A stretch of DNA of 33,244 nt from Octopus bimaculoides. Lineage: Eukaryota. Position 1 is the first letter of the stretch. Each line of letters starts with the position of its first letter. Where the stretch lies: NCBI RefSeq assembly GCF_001194135.2, contig NC_068981.1, positions 9,264,861-9,298,104 on the forward strand, given 5' to 3'. The position numbers and the translations under genes were made by a program. The notes under the pieces were generated by a model, which saw only the letters and a program-made list of their open reading frames with translations, searched no databases and had not been told where the DNA came from. Shown one piece after another: positions 17,601 through 28,502 of the stretch.

Positions 17601-20600
17601 ATTAGTTCTTTGACTTCCAGCAGACATTTTAGAATATGTAGTTGACCTAAAGAATAAAATAACTTTTATTAGGGTTGAAAAGTAGAAACATCTTAAGTGC
17701 AACAAGGTCGTGGGTCACAAAATGCAGTGAATGCTGGGGGTAGCTTGTAAAGCTAATATTGTCAATATTGATTGAGGAAGAGGGATTGCAAACACCAAAC
17801 AAAGTAAGCCTTGTTCTGTCTCCTATTAACATATAGCTTCATGTGTAGGCCATCTAGACTGTGGTTGTTTTGAATATATATATACAGGAAAGGAATCTAT
17901 GCTATTTTCAGAAAGTTTGATCAGACATAACAGTTACAGTTGAGTACTTCTACCACACAACGATGAATGAAGATCTCTTCTCTCGAACAAACAGGATTGA
18001 CAAATCCAAAGTTGTATTTTATAATAACGCTATTTGCCAGAATGGAAGGCGGCCGATAAACGATGATGATGAATTGATGACTCTCAGCTACTGCATATTG
18101 AACTCCTGCAAATGACTCTTCACAAACGTGAAGTTGCAGAGTGAAAGAGTCTTTAAGGCCTTGCAGATATTGGTGACATATTGTCACCATGTTGCAAGGC
18201 AGTAATGTCGTTTAGGGGTTCATTCAGAAAATAGTTTATGAGAAGAGACTCTCATTAAAGACATCTCTAAATCTCTGCCCGTTTGAAGGATCCTAAGACC
18301 TCCTTTTCCATACTGGTTTGTCTCTGGACCTTTCTGGCCCTAATCCTGAAGTCATTAATCACTGGCTTATGTTGAGTTGTATATTCTTCACCTGAGAAAA
18401 ATTTTGCATATACTCAACAGGTTTCTTTCAGTTTCCACCAACCAAGTCTGCTCAGTTGGCTTGAGGCTAGAGTTGAAGACACTTGCTCAAGGCACCATAC
18501 AGTGGGACTGAACCCAGAATCATGTGGTTGGGAAGTAAACTTCTTACCAAACAGCCATGCCTTCGCTTATATATTAACATTGTAGTAGTAGTAGATGATG
18601 ATGGACTTACCAGAATTAAAAAGGAATTGAACATCAGAAAGAACAGCCATGGATAACTGCCAGTTTCGATAGAGTGGATAAGACAAACTGCGCCGGAAAG
18701 AGGCAATTATAACGTCTTTTAAATTGATGAATGTCTGCAAGTATTGTGGTGGATAGAAAACAAAGAATTATATTTACAAAGAGCAAGAAATACTGGTCAG
18801 AAATCAGATTCAAGAAGAACAGCGTCAACATTTACCATTATTAATTTCTCTGTTTAGAGGTTTCTAGAAGTTTGTAGAATCACAAACTATTTTAATAATC
18901 AAGTACTAAAGCAACAGACTATAGATAACTGATAGCTTACGCTATTACTAATGTAGTCTTTATACACACTCAGTCATATTTAAGTGGTTAAAACCTATGT
19001 TCCTCTAGTGATCATAAAATAGGTCCCTATAACATCAGAGATCCTAAACACCCGACAACAATAGCAAACACATTTAGGATGTATGAACTGTGACAAAAGT
19101 GAGCAAAATAACAACAGTAGTTGCCTCTAGAAGATTTTAAATATTTTAGTTTTAAAGAAGTTTCCAATGCTTGATGCAGAGCTGCATTTTTTAGGTGCAT
19201 TAAATAGGCAGCATTATATTTTAATGTGCATCACACCAGTGCACAAAATGTAGAAATAAATCTAGCTCAAAAAGTCAAAACTTGTTTAAACATTCTGCAA
19301 ATAACTTTGAAAACCAGACGTAATAAAGGAAACATCAACTTACTTCAAAACAACTTAAAGTAGAACTCAACTTTGCTACGGTCCAACCAGATTCTACCTG
19401 AAATAAAGTTAACATTATTGTTGTTGTTGTTGTGTGTGTCCCATTTATACACAGCAAAATGAAAAAGAAATGGGACAGGGTACAGAATGTGAGTAAACAA
19501 TATTTGAGGTGTGTTAAATGTCACCAAGGAAACATTCTTGAAATATCAGTTTTCAGATGTAAAACCTCTGCACCTGGCTTTCGTTGACATGGAGAAAGCC
19601 TTTGACAGGGCCCCCCTGATCCCTTATCTGGTGGTCAATGAGGAAACTAGGGATAAATGAATGGTTAGTGTGAGCTATGTACAGGGACGCTGTCAGTAAG
19701 GTGAGGGTTGGCGATGAGTACAGTGAAGAATTCCGGGTAGAGGTAGGGGTCCACCAAGGTTCTGTCCTCAGCCCCCTCCTATTTATCATAGTCCTCCAGG
19801 CAATAACAGGAATTCAAGACAAGATACCCCTGGGAGCTCCTCTATGCTGATGACCTTGCACTAATTGCTGAGTCACTATCAAAATTAGAGGAGAAGTTTC
19901 AGGTGTGGAAGCAAGGATTAGAATCGAAGGGCCTTAGAGTCAACCTAGCTAAAACCAAAGTCCTAATAAGCAGAAAGGTAGACAAAACACAAACCCCTTC
20001 TACACTATTGGTGCAAACATACAGTTCTTCTGATAATATTCTACATTATCTGATGTATAGCAGAAATCACTTTTGAAGTATCAACTACAACTTTAGTAAA
20101 AGAATGTCTTCTGAGATGTTAAGATGTAACAGGACAAGGCAGGGGTCGATGCTCATTGCTACTGTTGTTATTGTTGTCAGCTCTGATTGAGCATATTGAT
20201 GATCAACCATGACTGCCTCTACAATGTTTTCAGACAGTGTATTCAGTGTATCCATTCTTGAAGATGTGAGAGAGTTTGTTGGCAGCTATATACAGCAGGC
20301 CTCAATAACCTTTCTCAAGAAGTGAACCCCATGAGGCATGGCTCATCATCAAGTGAGCCACACTACAAAAAGCGTTCATGGTAATTATTTGTTAGGTGTG
20401 CCAATCAGAAAGCTCCACAGCTTGCTGCCAACTGAGTTACAGACTCCGTTAATTTGCTCGACAGGGGAGATAACTGTAGGAAGTGAGTGCGTTGCTATAA
20501 GAAACTGATTTAAGGACTGGCACACACATCAGTCTGACAAACAATAGGCCTGTCTGTGGTTAAGGCTTCTCAACCACCTTGCCTTTGGGTTCAGTGTCTT

Positions 20601-21354
20601 ACATTTTAACTCCAGGCCAGCCACAGCATTATGAGTGAGACGGACAGAGAGACAGCTTGTTAGGAAGATCAATACAGACATCACATGAGGGTCGTAAATG
20701 AGTATCACTGTCATTGAAGTAAAGTTATTTGCTTCCAGGAAAAATATATACTAAGCTATGTAGAAACAAGCAATGGTTGGTAACAGGAAAGGCATCCAGC
20801 TGTAGAAAATCTGCCTCTACAAATTCTCCCTGACCTATGCACGCATAGAAAAGTGGACGTTAAATGATAATGAGAAGATTGTAGAGATGTTCATCATCAT
20901 CATCATCATCGTTTAACGTCCGCTTTCCATGCTAGCATGGGTTGGACGATTTGACTGAGGACTGGTGAAACCGGATGGCAACACCAGGCTCCAATCTAAA
21001 TTTGGCAGAGTTTCTACAGCTGGATGCCCTTCCTAACGCCAACCACTCAGAGAGTGTAGTGGGTGCTTTTACGTGTCACCCGCACGAAAACGGCCATGCT
21101 CGGAATGGTGTGTTTTATGTGCCACCCACACAAGAGCCAGTCCAGGGGCACTGGCAACGATCTCGCTCGAAAACCCTACAAGGCCAGTCAGGCGGTACTG
21201 GCAACGGTCACGCTCAAGATGTTAGAGTAGATATAAATGAAATGACAGATGGGAGCATCAGCCAGCTTCCTCATAGATGAGGAATACAGGAATAGGGGCT
21301 TCTGGATGAATAATAACACTTCAAGTGAATGAAGCAGACATTGTTGGTAGAGAA

Positions 21355-21391
<37 letters not shown>

Positions 21392-24300
21392 TCAGTTAAG
21401 AGTGGTAAGCAAAGTATGTGACAATAATTCAATTTAGAATAGTCATAGACAACAATGATCTCTGCAAAGGCACCACAGGATGACAGAACAGGTAAAATAT
21501 TGTATCTGTGAGTCTTTCTTACAAACTATCGTGATAAAAAAAAAAATGACAGCAATCTCGTTTATCCCAAATAGGAAATTGAGTGCAATATGGACATCAT
21601 GATGGCCACTGGTGTATATAGAGGTTACAGATATGGTACAAAGAATGAGGAGTTCCAGACTCTTCTGAAAAGCAAATGACCAATCCAATCGTAAGACATC
21701 AGCCAATCATCCAGCAACCTGGTAAATACACAATTGGCTGCAAATACTTCATTCTTTCCTGATGAAAAACATGGCACTCAATGCAGATCAGTGATGTCAG
21801 GACAAGAGCTAAATGGACTCAAAGACATAAGACAATCTGGAGAAGGAAGAGATGGAAGATGGAAGATTCCTTAAAGAGGCACAAAAACATGTTAGGTGAC
21901 ACATCTGATAAGAAAAAGGAAAAAGAGGGACTACATATGAAACAATCTGCTGCAAACCACGTAGCAGATCTTTAGATGGAAAAGGGATTCAGAGAGAAAG
22001 TGGGAATGGTGGTGGAACTGTAGAGAGAGAGCTAAAAGACAAGCTTCAAAAGAATGGGAGAAAAAAGAGAGAAGTGGAGTGGATCAACAGAAATAAAGAT
22101 GATGATGAGCTTTGACTATAGTCACAAATCACTTACCTTTACTGTCGTTTGCAAAAAGAGGTATGAAGATGTTAACGAGTGGTTACTAAACAAGCAGAAT
22201 ACATACAAGAGAGAGTGAGTCTGCTACAAGTCTTATCCAACACAGGGACTGGCTATTGAAGTTGACAGCAATCCAGTTGAAAGTGCAGTTAAATATATGA
22301 TGGCAGAGAGTGATCAATGAAACACAGGTAAGGTTACTTTGTATGGTGGCTGTGTATGAAATGTGATGTTGTATGGTGGAGGCAAAAGATGGGCATTGAT
22401 TGTAGAGAATGTGTAGAAGCTTGGAAGAAATGAGGCAAGCATGCCTTGCTGGATGTGTAATGTAGGTGTACATGAACAACAGAGCATGAATGAGCTGAGA
22501 AAAATGCTGAGTGAGCCAAAAGGAATGAGATACGGTGTACAAAAAGGAAAGACTGTATGGCAGATGGACAGTTAGGTACAGAAGAGTGAAGCAATCTAAG
22601 AGGAAAGAACCTGTGGAAGATGAAGAAATGGTGGAAGTAGTATTCAAGAAATTGAAAATGGACAGCAACAAGTGGCTGAGATGCTGTGCTAGAAAAAGAT
22701 CTGTCCAAATCATACGAGCCTGGAAAATAGACATTTGGATAAGTGCTTGAATAACAGATCACATGTGATCTCAATCAGAGCTACCTTAGGGTTACACAAT
22801 AATAACAAATGAATTGTAGAGAACAGAAACAGTTTAGTAAAAGATTAATCTAACTTAAATATAAAAGAAGACATTACAAGTTGGAAACAACAGAAAGTTT
22901 ACTAAACGTTTAGTTATTATCCAGGAGTCATTGATTGTCAACATTGTAGTTTGAAGCCCATCTCCTTTGGTTTATTTTCAAGTTTTGTATGAAAGGAGGA
23001 AAAGCTATAGTTTTCAGGCAGAAGATGTCTGATTAACAATTGAGTATAAACAACCATAAATTGGACATTTCTCACAGACATTAAACCAAATATTTTGAAC
23101 ACTTACAGTTTTCTCTCCTTCTGTTGTGCGAACATCGTATGAATATGCAAAAAGAATGTCTACAAGACCTAAGTAAACAGAAGTGACATCTTTTGGATTA
23201 TCTAAAAGATCTGAACTTTGATAAGGAATAACAATCACAAAATAAACAGAAAACAAAAATAAGAGATTTTTTTGGTTACAGGAACTTGTGTTTCACGAAG
23301 TTGATAAGAGACAAACATCCATCGGAGCATACTGACTTCATTCCTTGCGAGCTTACGCATGTCTTCAGCAGTCACGACCCATGTTTCACTGCCATGTAGC
23401 ATGGCTGTTCATACACATGCGTCATACAGTCTGCCTTTTACTCTGAGCCAGAGGCCCTTTGTCACCAGCAGAGGTAGGAGCTCTCTGAACGTTGCCCAGG
23501 CTATTCTTATTCTAGCAGCTACACTCTCTGAGCCGGAGGCCCTTTGTCACCAGCAGAGGTAGGAGCTCTCTGAACGTTGCCCAGGCTATTCTTATTCTAG
23601 CAGCTACACTCTCAGAGCATCCATCCCGGCTACTGACTTGGTCCCCTTGATAACGGAAGCTATCAACTACTTCTAGTTTCTCTCCCTGGAATGTGTCAGA
23701 AGCTGTTCTCAGCACATTTTCAGTGTTCATAGCATCTGTGCATCTGCCACATACAAAAACTATCTTCCCAGTTAGCCTTCCTTTGATATTGCTGCACCTC
23801 TTATGTGTCCATAGCTTGCACTGGGTACATCTTATAGAGTTNNNNNNNNNNGCCTTCCTTTGATATTGCTGCACCTCTTATGTGTCCATAGCTTGCACTG
23901 GGTACATCTTATAGAGTTTCTACTTACGCCTTTTCTACAGATCGAGCAGGGCTATCTTCCTGAAGGAATTTGTGGTTTATCTGCCTTTCTACTTATTAAG
24001 ACTTTGGTTTTAGCTAGGTTGACTCTAAGGCCCTTCGATTCTAGACCTTGCTTCCACACCCTAAACTTCATCTCTAGTTTTGGCAATGAGTCAGCTATTA
24101 GAACAATGCCTGGAGCAGTATGATGAATAAGAGGCACCATAGTCCTCAACTTCATGAATTAAACCCTTTATTGTTAATTCAGAGAATAGATCAATAGTGT
24201 AACTTTTGACGACATTGCTAAAAGCTCATTGCCACAATCAACAGCCTAGATCTTATAAGAATATCAACAACAGAGGCAAAGCACCAAACTTCATGTAAAG

Positions 24301-25677
24301 TGTTAAAGCAACAGATCAGGAGTCACCTGAAGTTTGTTCCTACCAAACATATTTATGGTATTTCCCAACATTTAATCCCAAATACCTTACTTCACCAAGA
24401 GGTCAAGAAATGGAAGCAACAGTAGGTAAGAATCCTAACCAGGAGGTCTTTTTCTCATCAATTGCTTTAAATCTAAAGCTTTCGGGATCAAAAAAAACAT
24501 TTGTGGTAGGTTTCTTGTGATGTGCCATGTCAGTTCGATATGCGGTAGCCCGCTACTGAATGTAGCGTATAGATGTAACGCTTCAAGATTCTCCCGTTGG
24601 TGTAACCAGTGAACATTGAAGAATTAACTCCAAGAAGGAAGAAATGTTGTTTACATTTATTTATTTGTTTACCCGACAGGTTGTTACAGAGACAGTAGCA
24701 ATCCTAGAGATAGTGGCGACAAGGATGTCTCGCTGGTTAGTAGCTGATATGTAGAAAAAGGCTGTCTGTCAGTAGAGAGGAAAAGAGTAAGGTAGTCATG
24801 GTGCTGACTAGAAAGGAAGAAAGGCTGAAAGCCTCTCTTCGCATGTCGAGCAAAGGGCAAAGGGAAGTGCTGCTCTTGCTGACACCTAAGAGCTGGTGTT
24901 GTTCCTTGGTCATAGCTGACACATAAGAAGAAGAGAAGAAGAAGAGAGAGAAAATTCTCTCTGTTATAGAGGCTATGGTCAGTAATGTAGGTCAAACCTT
25001 AAACAAAGGACTGACCTTTTCTTGACCAGTACAGGTCCTAGGGGGTGGAGTGTTTCCTCATCAATCATCTAGTGTGGAGGATTTCCCACTCGTTTTGACA
25101 AGCAGCAAGCTGGTGGATTTAGTTTCAAATCTCAGGCAGGGTCAAGCTAGACCCTTACACATACATTTTATCTTTAGGATAAATAATTGATGGAATAGGT
25201 TGGCAAATGAACAAGAACAGAACAAAAATTGTAAACAACAACAGTAAAAATAAATGAAAGATACATTGTTTCTTGGGCAGCTGAGTCAAAATATATTTTT
25301 CCTGCTCAGTCAGATCTAATAAAAACAAAAATCATAAATTATTATCAATTTAAAAAGAATAATATTTAGGATTTTATTTTAGTTTTAATTTACACTCTTA
25401 AAATACAAATGCATTCTCAAACTGACCGAAACGATTTGCACAAGCTTACTCACCTGAACTCTTTGGAAAGTGAACTAAGTTTCCATCTTTCTCACAACTC
25501 CAGGGACAAACATACGAACAGAGCTTTTTAATTATATTTTCTTCGTCAATGAAATCTGCACTAAAATTTGAAGAAAGAAAAAAAAGAGGAAAATAACAAC
25601 AAACATTACAACACAAAATATTGTATTCTTAATTTATATCTAATCTTGTTAGGTAGGGAAAAAGTGAATTCTAAAAC

Positions 25678-25751
<74 letters not shown>

Positions 25752-28044
25752 CAGATGTGTCTGCGTCACATCATTTTCACATCATGCAATAGTTATCAAC
25801 GACTGTTAGCCATACAAGATGCCGGGTGAATATATAACGATCTGGGTGTCATGCTTAATGAGAGATGAAAGGCACCCAGAGTACATTGTTAATGAGGTGC
25901 GGTCTTGTTAAACACATGAGAATCCCCCTAATCTGATTACCGCAAAACATTAAATGCACCCAATGGCCCCAGTAAAGAAGAACATGCAACTTCAGAAAGC
26001 ATGAAACTTAAAGTACTTGAATATAAGAAACTATATGGATGAATCTTTACTTCATCTCTAGTTTAAGATGTTAAAGGCAAAGACTTCTCCAAGTTGATTG
26101 TCATAAAATAAAAGAATATGGCAACCAATCAATATTTTGACTTGTGAACATCATCAACAGTTTCACATTTCCTTTGTTTTACCTTGCAAGTTTCAACTTG
26201 CAATCAAAGGAATGAGGTGGCTGATTTCATTGTTGTCATTTGACACCAAGCCTGCCGTGAGGACTATCATAAAAGGCGTTCTAGCCATGACATTCCTGTC
26301 CTTGTTTCTTCAATTATAATCTATCATGGATTATGTAAGTTGTTTAGTGTAATTTATTAAAGACTTGATTGCTCTTTCTAGGAAGTCAGGCAGTCACATA
26401 GACATTCAGAAACTGGATCTTCATTCCAACTGCCTGTCAGAAGAGAAACAATGTTTGTAACTTTGAAACTATTTTTCCAAACCATAAATACAAAGTGAGT
26501 GGAATGAAAAGCTGATAACCAAGAATCAAAACCATTTTACAAAGATCCAGTTTACGAAAGAGCTCAAAATGCCTCCTCTACCAAATACAGTGTGTATTTG
26601 ACATAACATTTGAACTCATCCCTTTGTCCTTAGAAATGTACCAGTATTCTCCTGAATGTTGCAACTACTATAAAAGTGAGAGAACAAATGTTTAAACCTA
26701 ACTTACATATAATAATCAGGATCAAATTTTTCTGCTTCAAGTTCACATCTCTTTTGTGTTCTTTCTTGAGGGGACATTTCATCAGGATACCTTATGTCAC
26801 AAGTCTCAGAAAATTCTTCCTGAAATAATTGAAAATATATTCTTTTACAAGACTGGGAAATTGCTTTTTGTGATGTTTAGATAGTTATTGAATTTTCCTG
26901 GTAAAACTTCTCAATAGATATTGTTAAAAAAAAACGTTCAGCTAAGAGGGAGAGAATAAAATAGCAGCAGCAGATGTAGATATGTCATCTGGGAAATTGC
27001 TTAAAAGTAAAGTAACAATATTGTTCATATTAGTGGAACAATATACATAATATAAATTCCTCATCCCACAAATATAAAATTGTATAAAGTGACAAACACA
27101 TCAGATTTAGGTGAAGTGTTTTTTATCTAACAAAATGCTCATTGAGCTAACTTGGTTTTAATAGTTTAAATCATAATTAATGTCTTGTGGTTTTTGTTGA
27201 AGTTGACATTAACTGGAATATTGATCTCTAACAGATACAAGATATAAGGTAATAAATTTGAGAAGGGGAAATATAGTGACCCCGCTACATTATAGGTACT
27301 GTCTTCACTGACCCCTGAAAGTTGAAGTTGAGTGTGACAGGAGTCAACTCAGAACAGAATATAAATAGTGTGAGACATTTTTTTTTTATCATTCCACAAC
27401 CAATTCCTTCCAATATTGCTGATATGTTAGCTGTAAACATGAAGGCCTAAAAGTTGAACAACGTACCAGATTTATCAGAAAATTATTCAGACAGATTGAC
27501 AGGTTTAGATACATGCTGGTGTAAATCCCTAACTAAAAATATGTTCCAGTTCTACTTTGGAAGATAGTTGAAGAGTGCAGACATAATTTCCATCATTTAA
27601 AAGAGAAATAGTTATAGAATGAAAAAAAAAACATGATAAAATACAGTAAGACTCTCACAGCTAAGTTTTGAAATACTCCAGATCTTTTATTAGCAAATCC
27701 ATAACAATACTGCGGTAGAAATGTATCATTAAGAGCAGAGGGTGGCTCTTGTTCAATGTACCAATCAAATTCTTCCTCTTCGTTTGCATCTTCACCGGTT
27801 TTGTGTTCTTTTGTACTTGATGGGCTGGTTTCATCTGAACAGGGAAAACAGAAAAATATTTCATTGTAGACAAAATATGGAAAATGTAATTGTGAAATGA
27901 AATTAAAGAGCAAATCTATTAAACTCTCGACATATATTTGTAAACCAGTGAAGTGATAAAATATGGAACAAAATCAGGCATAATTTATTATAAATACAAC
28001 ATTTATATTCATAGGAAAGTTGACTGGGAAATATATATATATTG

Positions 28045-28075
<31 letters not shown>

Positions 28076-28451
28076 TAAAGTTTGTTTTTATGTTCAGTTA
28101 TTCTAAAACCAATTTTACATTGATCTGATGGGTTAATCTATACTTTTGCAGAGTACAAATTCATTATTCTTAAAAAAGAATGTTGTTGGCAGTGAATTCA
28201 AAGTTTCGGACAGCTAAGCCATTATCTCTCTCTGTATGTATGTATACATACATACATACATATATATGGGAGAATATACAAAAAATAACAACAGACGAGG
28301 ACAGGTGGTGTAAATAACAAAAGTATATATTAGTATGACGCTCGGGAATACGGAAAGTCTTTGACGTTTCGAGCTACGCTCTTCAACAGAAAGAATACGG
28401 AGACAAGGAGAAAAACACGGAGAAAAAAAAAAAAAAAATTGGAGAAAAAAA

Positions 28452-28502
<51 letters not shown>

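Noticed and set aside
22186-22774. 182-aa and 146-aa minus-strand ORFs
   Set aside because: Antisense readings of a purine-rich degenerate RTE remnant; no recognisable domain
24535-24570. GCGG-tagc-CCGC hairpin as a Helitron 3' end or C/D snoRNA
   Set aside because: No downstream CTRR and no box C (RUGAUGA)
25841-25880. Small hairpin tctgggtgtc...ggcacccaga as a possible intronic H/ACA snoRNA in SHQ1
   Set aside because: No properly placed H (ANANNA) or ACA box and no second hairpin on the SHQ1 sense strand
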